Assembly: GCA_045656325.1 (NCBI GenBank)
Contig: JAZOQX010000135.1
Location: 16-64,015, forward strand
DNA: 64,000 bases
Reading direction: 5' to 3'
Source: Eubacteriales bacterium
GTDB taxonomy: Bacteria; Bacillota; Clostridia; Oscillospirales; CAG-272
The notes below the pieces were generated by a model that did not search any database, had not been told where the DNA came from, and worked only from the letters and a program-made list of their open reading frames with translations. A program made the translations under genes and the position numbers. Below are positions 17,163 to 25,573 of the stretch, piece by piece (the stretch's first letter is position 1; each line of letters starts with the position of its first letter).

Positions 17163-18029
17163 TTACTTATTCAACCGAATAACCACCTCTAAAGCCTTCG
17201 TTCCGTTTGCGACGTTCATGGATATGTCCTTGCCTTCTCTGCGCCAACTTTCCATTTTTCGGCGCAAATGGCGAAGAACCTCCATTGCCTCGTCCTCGGA
17301 GTCCGTAAATTCAAAGCCCGCGATCCGCATTGGCTCCTCGATTGAAATTGCGGAGCTTTCGGGGGTATTTAACAGTGCCTCTACGTACCGTTCGGTTTCC
17401 TGCACGTTCATTTTCTCGTCGGAAACCTTCTGTATCGCCGTTTTTCTTGCGTCAGCTGAACCAAGACGCAGCATGGCTCGGGCGTGCCGCTCTGACAAGC
17501 CCATTTCCAAAATCATGCATTGCTCCTCATAGGATAGCTTCAGGAGTCGCAATTTGTTGGCAACGGCGGACTGACTCATGGACATTCGCCTCGCAACCTC
17601 ATCCTGCGTCAGCTTATGGCGGTCGATCAGCTTTTTGAAGCCGTATGCCTGCTCGAACATATTCAGATCTTCTCGCAGTAAATTTTCTATAATTGCTAAT
17701 TCGGCGGAAATTTGCTCGGTTGCTTCCATTACAATGCACGGAACGGTCAGATATCCCAATAATTTGGACGCGCGCAATCGCCGTTCTCCCGCAATCAGCT
17801 CGTAAGAATAGCTGTCGTCCTCGTCCTCGGTGCGCCGAACGGTCAGAGGTTGGAGGATTCCGTATCGGCGGATGGAGTCGGCGAGTCGAATGATTGCGTT
17901 TTGATCAAATTCGGCACGGGGCTGCGCACGGTTGGGACGAATGTCGTCGGTTTTAATCTGCACGATCTGGGCGGATATCTCCTCGGGTAATTCCTGCTTT
18001 TGCCGTCGAAAATACTTTAAGTCGGTCAT
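17163..18029 (-). CDS. ParB/Spo0J-family paralogue in the Noc-like genomic position
   Basis: The protein is 288 aa. It has LIAGERRLRAS and the HTH segment TQDEVARRMSMSQSAVANKLRLL. It lacks the GLGRGL-type N-terminal motif. Confidence 0.85.
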   Translation of the reverse strand: MTDLKYFRRQKQELPEEISAQIVQIKTDDIRPNRAQPRAEFDQNAIIRLADSIRRYGILQPLTVRRTEDEDDSYSYELIAGERRLRASKLLGYLTVPCIVMEATEQISAELAIIENLLREDLNMFEQAYGFKKLIDRHKLTQDEVARRMSMSQSAVANKLRLLKLSYEEQCMILEMGLSERHARAMLRLGSADARKTAIQKVSDEKMNVQETERYVEALLNTPESSAISIEEPMRIAGFEFTDSEDEAMEVLRHLRRKMESWRREGKDISMNVANGTKALEVVIRLNK

Positions 18030-18065
18030 TTTTCGTTTTCCTTTCTGATTTTTCTTGTTTTCCCG

Positions 18066-18081
18066 TGTTTCACGTGAAACA
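18066..18081. promoter_or_regulatory. parS centromere-like site (perfect)
   Basis: The sequence is TGTTTCACGTGAAACA. It lies in the 5' region of the ParB paralogue, whose start codon is at 18029. An extended -10-like TGATATAAT sits at 18099-18107 on the minus strand. Confidence 0.9.
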
Positions 18082-18228
18082 TATCTTGGCTCAAATGTAT
18101 TATATCATGGACCAAACGAAAAAATTATCAAAAAACGTATGCAATATTTTGACGGAATTGGCGGATTGTTTGCCGTAAAAAATGGGATATAGGGTATCGT
18201 GTCAAAGGAAAGAAAGAAAAAACCGCTT

Positions 18229-18957
18229 TCAAAGCGGTTTTTTTGATATTTTGGAGAAATGTCTCGGATAAATTTTTGGAGTGGTTTTTTTCTTTTGGAT
18301 AATAATTAATTTTCTTTCCTCGATATTTCCGTTCTGATCGATCAAGCTGCAAGGGATCCGATCGGCAACCTTTCCACCACATAGTGAAATACAGTTGGCG
18401 GCCTCGGTCAATTCTTCCTCGGCTTGCTGCGATTTCATGGAGATCATAGAGCCTCCGACCTTAACAAAGGGGAGGCAAAGCTCGCTAAGCATTCGCAGGT
18501 TGGCCACCGCTCGCGCGGTGGCTACGTCAAATTGCTCGCGAAATTCCTGTTTTGCGCCATATTCCTCAGCACGTCCCGCAATGGCGGTTACGTTGCCAAG
18601 CCCGAGCATAGAAGCGGTTTCTTCTACGTAGCGGATGCGCTTTGCCGTTCCGTCCAAAGCCACGATGCGAAGATCGGGGCGAAAGATTGCCAAAGGAAGG
18701 GAGGGGAAGCCCGCTCCGCAGCCGACGTCGATCACGGAGGCGTTTTGAGGGATAGATGCGGATATCATCAAGGAATCGACGTAATGCTTTAAAATAATTG
18801 CGTTTTCTTCGGTGATAGCCGTTAAATTCATAGATTGGTTGACGAAAAGCATTTTTTCGGTCAGCTTGTATAGCGATTGCGCCTGAGATTCATTACATTC
18901 CAAGCCGTTTTTGGAAAAGGTGTCTTGGCACGCTCTTGTAAATTCGGATAAGGTCAT
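18229..18957 (-). CDS. rsmG: 16S rRNA (guanine527-N7)-methyltransferase
   Basis: The protein is 242 aa. It has the SAM-binding segment VIDVGCGAGFPSLPLAI and the canonical position between mnmG and the par genes. Confidence 0.9.
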   Translation of the reverse strand: MTLSEFTRACQDTFSKNGLECNESQAQSLYKLTEKMLFVNQSMNLTAITEENAIILKHYVDSLMISASIPQNASVIDVGCGAGFPSLPLAIFRPDLRIVALDGTAKRIRYVEETASMLGLGNVTAIAGRAEEYGAKQEFREQFDVATARAVANLRMLSELCLPFVKVGGSMISMKSQQAEEELTEAANCISLCGGKVADRIPCSLIDQNGNIEERKLIIIQKKKTTPKIYPRHFSKISKKPL

Positions 18958-18974
18958 AGGATATCCTTTCTGTG

Positions 18975-18990
18975 TGTTTCACGTGAAACA
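18975..18990. promoter_or_regulatory. parS centromere-like site (perfect)
   Basis: The sequence is TGTTTCACGTGAAACA. It lies in the 34-nt gap between the mnmG stop (18992) and the rsmG start (18957). Confidence 0.9.
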
Positions 18991-18991
18991 A

Positions 18992-20854
18992 TTATTTCAT
19001 GCCCAGATAAATCAGTAAAACAGAAATATCCGCGGGATTTACTCCACTGATTCTCGATGCCTGCCCGATGGTGGCGGGGCGGATCTTGTCAAGCTTTTGC
19101 GCCGCCTCAATGCGAAGTCCTTTTATGGAGAGATAATCCAAATCCTCGGGAAGTCGTTTCGTTTCCAAGCGTTCGTGGCGTTCCACCTCTCGCAGCTGCC
19201 TTTTGATATATCCCTCGTATTTAATGGAAACCTCGGCTGTCTGTATAACGCGAAGGGGAAGGGAAGGGCGATGAGGATCTACCTCGGCGAGCATTTCGTA
19301 GGTGATATCGGGTCTGCGTAACAGATCGGCAAGGGATGCGCCGCTATTCAAGGGCTGCATTCCATATTTTTCCAAAAATGCCCGATAATATTCGGGGGAG
19401 CCATGGGTGGACTCCAAACGCTCGATCTCGGCTTTGATCTGCTCCTGCTTCTTCAAAAATTGTTGATAGCGCTCCTCCGAAATCAAGCCCGCAGCATATC
19501 CCTTGGGGGTCAGTCGGGCATCGGCGTTGTCCTGTCTGAGAAGAAGACGGTATTCCGAGCGGGAGGTCATCATGCGATACGGCTCGTTGGTTCCCTTGGT
19601 TACCAGATCGTCAATGAGGGTGCCGATATAGCTTTCCGAGCGGGAAAGGATCAAGGAGTCCCTGCCGTGAAGCTTTAAGGAGGCGTTCAGCCCCGCGATC
19701 AAGCCCTGCGCCGCCGCTTCCTCGTAGCCCGAGGTGCCGTTAAACTGTCCCGCGCCGTACAGTCCTTCCAAAAATTTACATTCCAAGGTGGGATAAAGCT
19801 GGGTGGGGTCCATGCAGTCGTATTCAATGGCATAAGCGTAGCGCATTACCTCTGCCTTTTCGAAGCCCTGCAGAGAGCGGAGCATCTTGTGCTGAACGTC
19901 CACGGGAAGGGAGGTGGAAAAGCCTTGAATATACATTTCCTCGGTGTCCGCTCCCACGGGCTCCACAAAGAGCTGGTGGCGTTCCTTGTCCGAAAAACGA
20001 ACCAGCTTGTCCTCGATGGAGGGGCAGTATCGGGGACCTGTGCCGTGAATTTGTCCCGAATACATGGCAGAGCGCGTAATATTCTCCCGAATGATCCGAT
20101 GGGTGTCGGCGTGGGTATACACCACGTGGCAGGGAATCTGCTCTTTTTCGTCAAAATCGGATTCCCTTGTCAGGGAGGAGTAGGGAATGATGGGCGCTTC
20201 GCCGTCCTGACGCTCCAATCCGTCAAAATCAATGGAACGTCGGTTGACGCGGGCGGGCGTTCCCGTTTTGAAGCGCATCAAGCGAATGCCGAGACGGGAA
20301 AGAGAATCCGAAAGTCCCTTGGCGGCAAGAAATCCGTCGGGACCGCTTTCATAGTTGACGTCTCCCACGAAAATGCGACTTTCCAAATAGGTTCCCGTAC
20401 AAATGATGGCGGCGCGGCACTGCCAAACCTCCCCAAGGCGGGTGGTAACCGAGCATACCTTGCCGTTTTCGGTACCGATATCTACGATCTCTGCTTGAAT
20501 CAAACGAAGATTGGAAATTTTTTCCAATCTTTCCTTCATCAAGCGGTGATATTCCTTTCGGTCGGCTTGAATACGCTTGGAGTGAACCGCCGCTCCCTTG
20601 CCGAGGTTCAGGGTTCGGGATTGGAGCGTGACCAGATCGGCGACCCGACCCATTTCACCGCCCAACGCGTCGATTTCATAAACCAGATGCCCCTTTCCCG
20701 TACCGCCGATGGAGGGATTACAGGGCATATTGGCGATGGATTCCAAGGACATGGTAAAAAGGACCGTATCCGAACCCGTTCTTGCTGCCGCCAGCGCGGC
20801 TTCGATTCCCGCGTGACCCGCGCCGATAACGGCGACCTCTGTAGTTGCTGACAT
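18992..20854 (-). CDS. mnmG: tRNA uridine 5-carboxymethylaminomethyl modification enzyme MnmG (GidA)
   Basis: I place the start at the ATG at 20854 (MSATTEVAVIGAGHAGIEA, FAD-binding GxGxxG). The track ORF begins 17 codons upstream at a TTG. Typical MnmG motifs run throughout (GTTPARV, GPRYCPSIEDK). Confidence 0.93.
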   Translation of the reverse strand: MSATTEVAVIGAGHAGIEAALAAARTGSDTVLFTMSLESIANMPCNPSIGGTGKGHLVYEIDALGGEMGRVADLVTLQSRTLNLGKGAAVHSKRIQADRKEYHRLMKERLEKISNLRLIQAEIVDIGTENGKVCSVTTRLGEVWQCRAAIICTGTYLESRIFVGDVNYESGPDGFLAAKGLSDSLSRLGIRLMRFKTGTPARVNRRSIDFDGLERQDGEAPIIPYSSLTRESDFDEKEQIPCHVVYTHADTHRIIRENITRSAMYSGQIHGTGPRYCPSIEDKLVRFSDKERHQLFVEPVGADTEEMYIQGFSTSLPVDVQHKMLRSLQGFEKAEVMRYAYAIEYDCMDPTQLYPTLECKFLEGLYGAGQFNGTSGYEEAAAQGLIAGLNASLKLHGRDSLILSRSESYIGTLIDDLVTKGTNEPYRMMTSRSEYRLLLRQDNADARLTPKGYAAGLISEERYQQFLKKQEQIKAEIERLESTHGSPEYYRAFLEKYGMQPLNSGASLADLLRRPDITYEMLAEVDPHRPSLPLRVIQTAEVSIKYEGYIKRQLREVERHERLETKRLPEDLDYLSIKGLRIEAAQKLDKIRPATIGQASRISGVNPADISVLLIYLGMK

Positions 20855-21163
20855 TTTTATATTCCTTTCAAGCGAAGGGGATTTCGCTCCGCTGAGAATT
20901 ATCAATCTTTCATATGTTTTTTTCGATTTTCCCTTGCCAAGGGCGTATGATTATGCTACAATAGAAGCAGAATCAAGAGAAGCGTCTCTCTACCTTCGGG
21001 GACCTTGATGCGCGCGCCTGCGAACCGATGGAAAAAAGATCCCAAGTTAGGGAGAGGCAACGGGAGAGATCGATTACTGCTATTATACCAAATTCTCTCT
21101 TGCTTTTCAAGAGGGAGAAGAAATTTTCGCGCGAAAATGATATGTAAAAAAGGAGATACGAAA

Positions 21164-22852
21164 ATGCCATGTGTTGATATGAAGCTGATGTCTTCCTTGG
21201 AAAAATGCTTTTTGGACGAGGAATTGGAAGCGAAACCCGAAACAAATGACTTTGTGATCTTCCGAAACGAGCGGCTTTCCTTTCAGCTTGGCGTTCGCCA
21301 CGAGGATCCGACGCAGGTCAGGCGGTTGCGTGTTCGGCTTTCGGGACCTTTAGCCGACTTCGTGACGGTCAAAAGAGTAGTCCATATCCCCTCGACCTTC
21401 CCCTACAACCCCAAATTGGCGGACGGGGATTATCTGAGATACACCCCCGGGGTATATCCGGATCTGATTGCCCCGTTGCATTATCGGGAAAGTCTGCTTT
21501 TGCCTTGCGGACAGCTTCAAACCCTTTGGTTCACGCTATCCTTGCCCGAGGATTATGCGGACGGGGACTATGATTTGGGAGTGACCTTGACCGCTGAGGG
21601 CCTGATTGAAAAGGGGACCGAAGAGGTAGGTACAAGGACCGTCCGTATTCGGGTATTGTCCGCCGCTCTTCCGCCCCAAAAGCTCATTCGTACCGAATGG
21701 TTTTACACCGATTGCCTTGCCAACTATTACGGTGTTTCCGCGTTTTCCGAGGAGCATTGGCGTATCATTGAGTCTTTTGTGAAGAAGGCGGCAGAGGGAG
21801 GGATCAATATGATCCTCACGCCTGTGTTTACGCCCGAGCTGGATACCTACGTGGGCGGTGAGCGCTTGACCACTCAGCTCGTGGAGATTTTCGTGAGGGA
21901 GGACGGATCCTATGCCTTTGATTTTGAAAGGCTGGATCGCTGGATCGACCTTTGCCGTGGGGCGGGGATTGAATATTTTGAGATCCCCCATTTCTTTACC
22001 CAATGGGGAGCGGCGCACGCCCCAAAATTCGTTGCGAAAACGGGCGGGAAGGAGGAGCGGATCTTCGGCTGGGATACCGATGCTATGGGAGAGGAGTACC
22101 GAGCGTTTCTCGGACGGTTTATTCCCGCCCTTTTAGATGCCCTTCGCAAAAAGGGAGTGGACAGAAAATGCTTCTTCCACGTGTCAGACGAGCCTCGCCT
22201 TGCCGATCTTGCCCATTATAAGGCGTGCAAGGAGCTGATCGGTCAGTATCTTAAGGGCTATCCGATCATCGACGCTCTGTCTGATTATGAATTCTACGCC
22301 ACAGGAGCGCTGGAGAAGCCCGTGCCTGCTACCCAGAAAATCGAACCGTTTCTCGCCGAGCGCATTGACGGTCTTTGGGCGTACTATTGCGGCGCCAGCG
22401 GCGCGAAAGACGTGTCGAACCGATTTTTCTCTCTGTCTCAGGCGAGAGTGCGGATCATAGGCGTTCAGCTTTGGTACTACCGTATAGAGGGCTTCCTCCA
22501 TTGGGGATATAATTTTTATAACAACCGCCATTCCTACGATGCGATCAATCCCTTTGCCGTTTCGGACGGAGAGGGCTTTGCTCCCTCGGGAGATACCTAT
22601 TTGGTATATCCCGGCGAGGGAGGGGAGGCGTGGGAGTCCTTACGCTTTTGCGCCATGAAGGAGGCGATGGACGATATTCGGGCGTTGGAGCTTTGTGAAT
22701 CGATCTATGGCAGGGAATTTACCGAACGCCTTTTGCTGGAGGATACAGATGGGATTCTGACCTTTGCCCATTATCCCAAAAACGCCGAATATTTGATCAA
22801 TTTACGAAGGAAGCTTGCCCTCGCCATTGAGGAGGGAAAAACGAAGGAATGA
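21164..22852 (+). CDS. DUF4091-type glycoside hydrolase-like protein
   Basis: I place the start at the ATG at 21164, preceded by AAAGGAGA. The N-terminus ...MKLMSSLEKCFLDE... and the overall length are typical of DUF4091 proteins. The family assignment is from memory. Confidence 0.65.
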   Translation: MPCVDMKLMSSLEKCFLDEELEAKPETNDFVIFRNERLSFQLGVRHEDPTQVRRLRVRLSGPLADFVTVKRVVHIPSTFPYNPKLADGDYLRYTPGVYPDLIAPLHYRESLLLPCGQLQTLWFTLSLPEDYADGDYDLGVTLTAEGLIEKGTEEVGTRTVRIRVLSAALPPQKLIRTEWFYTDCLANYYGVSAFSEEHWRIIESFVKKAAEGGINMILTPVFTPELDTYVGGERLTTQLVEIFVREDGSYAFDFERLDRWIDLCRGAGIEYFEIPHFFTQWGAAHAPKFVAKTGGKEERIFGWDTDAMGEEYRAFLGRFIPALLDALRKKGVDRKCFFHVSDEPRLADLAHYKACKELIGQYLKGYPIIDALSDYEFYATGALEKPVPATQKIEPFLAERIDGLWAYYCGASGAKDVSNRFFSLSQARVRIIGVQLWYYRIEGFLHWGYNFYNNRHSYDAINPFAVSDGEGFAPSGDTYLVYPGEGGEAWESLRFCAMKEAMDDIRALELCESIYGREFTERLLLEDTDGILTFAHYPKNAEYLINLRRKLALAIEEGKTKE

Positions 22853-22885
22853 ATTTACCATATTTCAAAAGCTGCCCCTGCGCGT

Positions 22886-22933
22886 AAAAAACGAGAAGCT
22901 CCGTTCAAGCCTTGAACGGAGCTTCTCGTTTTA
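22886..22933. terminator. Bidirectional terminator between convergent genes
   Basis: An 18-bp perfect stem pairs ACGAGAAGCTCCGTTCAA (22891-22908) with TTGAACGGAGCTTCTCGT (22912-22929). An A-tract lies upstream and a T-tract downstream. Confidence 0.85.
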
Positions 22934-24025
22934 TTCAAATTCAAAATGCTTTAGCGTGGCAAGCACTTTTTCCGCCATGTACATGAATCCAAGATCGTTG
23001 GGGTGGGTGCCGTCTACGGTACAAGCATCCTCCCACGTTCCGTGGAAGTAGCTTTCGCCGTCGATGTAATAGACGTTTTCGTCACCTTGAGCCCTTGCGT
23101 AGCGGAAGGTGTCAATGATTACGTCGCGGCGAGCAGCGCTGTCCTTGATTCTGCTCGGGTGGCCGATAAAATCGGGGCGGGACATCATAAGGTAGGGAAT
23201 GGAGGGATGCTTTTCTCGGATCTTTTGATACATTTTGCAATGGCTTGCACGCAGGTGTTCTGCGTTGGGGGCGTTGTGATCGTAGTCCGAGATAAAGGCG
23301 GACATTTCAAGATCTGCCATGTAGTCCACGATAAGATCCTCCGCCTTTCCGCTTCCCGAGAAACCGAGATTGACGTAGTCCAGATTCAGACGGCGGCAAA
23401 CGAGAGAAATGTAGTTGTTGCCAGGACGGGACGCGCAGCCGCCCTGTGTAATTGAGCTGCCGTAAAATACGAAGGGCTTCTTGTTGCGGTAGGGCAACCC
23501 TCTGCCTACCGATGCTGATTCCTGCAAGCCGATTTCCAGTCGATCTACGTTGCTGTACGTGGGGAAATTGATGGTCAGATGACGGAGCTGCTTGTCCCTT
23601 TTGAAATGGAAGATTGAAATATAACCGTTCGTCATGTGATAGGGAGGGCGGAAGGAGTTCGCATAGGTGCTTGTGCCTGTGACGGGATCGTCTATGTACA
23701 GGTCAAAGCCGGAGCCTCCCAAAAGGGACATATGGTTGTGGTGACCGATATGCGGCATATAGGCACGAAGCACGATGTAGTCAGAATCGGTGGAAAAGCG
23801 GACACGGCCGCCCGCCGTGTTCAGATAGAGCTGAGCCACGCCCTCATTGGTATGCAAGCCGATCTCGTCGGGCAAACGCTTGAAGACGTTTTCGTTTTTG
23901 TAATCGTAAAGCCCGTACACACGGAAGGGTTCGTCCTTTACGTCGTAAAATTTTACGTCAAGGCTGTCAAGGCTTACGTCCTCGTCGCACATTAGCTTGT
24001 CGGGTGTAAATTTTTCTTCACTCAT
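22931..24025 (-). CDS. SGNH/GDSL hydrolase family protein (carbohydrate esterase-like)
   Basis: The protein is 364 aa. Block I is FYGSSITQG and block V is DGTHPNDLGF. An N-terminal beta-sandwich-like extension is present. Confidence 0.78.
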   Translation of the reverse strand: MSEEKFTPDKLMCDEDVSLDSLDVKFYDVKDEPFRVYGLYDYKNENVFKRLPDEIGLHTNEGVAQLYLNTAGGRVRFSTDSDYIVLRAYMPHIGHHNHMSLLGGSGFDLYIDDPVTGTSTYANSFRPPYHMTNGYISIFHFKRDKQLRHLTINFPTYSNVDRLEIGLQESASVGRGLPYRNKKPFVFYGSSITQGGCASRPGNNYISLVCRRLNLDYVNLGFSGSGKAEDLIVDYMADLEMSAFISDYDHNAPNAEHLRASHCKMYQKIREKHPSIPYLMMSRPDFIGHPSRIKDSAARRDVIIDTFRYARAQGDENVYYIDGESYFHGTWEDACTVDGTHPNDLGFMYMAEKVLATLKHFEFE

Positions 24026-24051
24026 GTTCCGTCCCTCTCTTTTGAAGTAAT

Positions 24052-24088
24052 AAAAAGCGGAGAGCCCTTGCAGAAAAGGTCTCTCCGC
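24052..24088 (-). terminator. Intrinsic terminator after prfB
   Basis: The stem is GCGGAGAG (24057-24064) paired with CTCTCCGC (24081-24088). On the minus strand a T5 tract follows (plus-strand A5 at 24052-24056). Confidence 0.75.
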
Positions 24089-24094
24089 AAAAGC

Positions 24095-25207
24095 TTACGC
24101 CTGTTTTGCGTTCATCTTCAGATATTCGTTGATAAAGCCGTCGATCTCGCCATCCATCACGGCGGAGATATTTCCGTCCTCAAAGCCCGTACGGGTGTCC
24201 TTCGCCAACGTGTAGGGCATGAATACGTAGGAGCAGATCTGCGCGCCCCACTCAATGTTGGTTTTGTTACCCTGAATATCCTCAATGGTATCCAACCGCT
24301 CACGGAGCTTGATCTCCATCAGCTTCGCCTTCAGCATCTTCATGGCAGTCTCCTTGTTCTGGAGCTGAGAACGCTCGGTCTGACAGCCTACCACGATGCC
24401 CGTGGGCTTGTGGAGAATACGGATGGCGGAGTCGGTCTTGTTGATATGCTGACCGCCCGCGCCGCTGGAGCGATGCGCCGTGACCTCGATATCCTCGTCA
24501 CGGATCTCGACCTTGTCAATGTTGTCAAATTCGGGCATGACCTCAATGGAAGCAAAGGAGGTCTGCCGTCTGCCCGCCGCGTCAAAGGGAGAAACGCGGA
24601 CCAGGCGGTGTACGCCGTTTTCCGCCTTCAGGTATCCGTAGGCATTGAGTCCCTCCACCATGATGGTGGCGCTCTTGATGCCTGCGGCATCTCCGTCCAG
24701 CCAGTCGAGAAGCTTATATTTGTAGCCCCTGCGCTCTGCCCAGCGGGTAATCATGCGGTAGAGCATCTGCGCCCAGTCCTGCGCCTCGGTTCCGCCCGCT
24801 CCGGGGTGGAAGGAAACGATGGCGTTATTCTTGTCATATTCGCCCGACAGAAGGATCTCGATGCGCTTCTCCTCCGCTTCCTTGGCGATGGCATCCAGCT
24901 CACCCTGAACCTCCTCTACGTAGCCCTCCTCGTTTTCCTCGATCGCCATTTCCGCCAAGGTAATGGCATCCTCCAGACGGCTTGCCAAAGCCTCGTAGCC
25001 CTCAATGGTATCCTTGGTCTGCTTCAGCTTCTGCAGGACCTTCGAGGAATTTTCCTGATTCCCCCAGAAATTGGGGTCCAGCGTCTCGGCATCCAGCTTT
25101 TCCGCCAGCTCCTTCAGCTCGGCGATTCGCAGAGCGGAGCCGAGGTCGGCAATATCCTCTCTCATGCCGATCAGCTTATATTTTGCGTCTTCTAATGCGA
25201 TAATCAA
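24095..25207 (-). CDS. prfB: Peptide chain release factor 2, encoded as a single uninterrupted frame
   Basis: The protein has the SPF tripeptide (RVSPFDAAG) and the GGQ motif (SGAGGQHINKT). I prefer the TTG at 25207 as the start, because it lies 5 nt after GGGAGG. The ATG at 25225 has no SD. No CTTTGAC-type frameshift site is visible. Confidence 0.88.
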   Translation of the reverse strand: MIIALEDAKYKLIGMREDIADLGSALRIAELKELAEKLDAETLDPNFWGNQENSSKVLQKLKQTKDTIEGYEALASRLEDAITLAEMAIEENEEGYVEEVQGELDAIAKEAEEKRIEILLSGEYDKNNAIVSFHPGAGGTEAQDWAQMLYRMITRWAERRGYKYKLLDWLDGDAAGIKSATIMVEGLNAYGYLKAENGVHRLVRVSPFDAAGRRQTSFASIEVMPEFDNIDKVEIRDEDIEVTAHRSSGAGGQHINKTDSAIRILHKPTGIVVGCQTERSQLQNKETAMKMLKAKLMEIKLRERLDTIEDIQGNKTNIEWGAQICSYVFMPYTLAKDTRTGFEDGNISAVMDGEIDGFINEYLKMNAKQA

Positions 25208-25339
25208 AAAAACCTCCCGCAACATTCGTTGCTTCGTATCTAAAATTTGTCATATTCCATAATATTATACCACGGGAGAGGAAGGATTGTCAAGAGATTT
25301 TCCAACATGGATCTGGCGAAGTTCAAAAACATGATCATA

Positions 25340-25368
25340 TTGACAAAAACAGAAAAATATGCTATAAT
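25340..25368 (+). promoter_or_regulatory. Consensus sigma-70 promoter
   Basis: The -35 is TTGACA (25340-25345), followed by a 17-nt spacer and a -10 TATAAT (25363-25368). Both hexamers are perfect. Confidence 0.7.
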
Positions 25369-25430
25369 ATAAGCAAAGAGGTTGACGCGCACCACGTTCT
25401 AATGCCGATCTTTGTGAATAGTGCATACTA

Positions 25431-25466
25431 AAAAAAACGTGCGGCAACATTTCGTTGCCGCTTTTT
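25431..25466 (+). terminator. Intrinsic terminator about 70-100 nt downstream of the consensus promoter
   Basis: The stem is GCGGCAAC (25441-25448) paired with GTTGCCGC (25454-25461), with a 5-nt loop and a T5 tract at 25462-25466. An A8 tract lies upstream. Confidence 0.7.
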
Positions 25467-25573
25467 GCTTCCTTGATTTTTGAACGGAGGAATAGCAATG
25501 AACAAATTTGATTAAGAAGGTTAATTTTTCTTTATTATATTCGTTCTATCCAAAAAAGAAAAGGAGAAATTTT

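Noticed and set aside
20933-21163. A known riboswitch in the ~200-nt leader of the DUF4091 gene
   Set aside because: ATCAAGAGA resembles the 5' start of SAM-I, and GGGAGAGGCAACGGGAGAG vaguely resembles glycine-riboswitch elements. The remaining conserved cores are absent, so I did not call a riboswitch. An Rfam scan would settle this.
24095-25262. The programmed +1 frameshift expected in prfB
   Set aside because: I looked for the usual short upstream ORF ending in CTT TGA C with an internal SD. The RF2 frame is continuous from an SD-preceded TTG at 25207, and no such motif is present. This is a non-frameshifted prfB.
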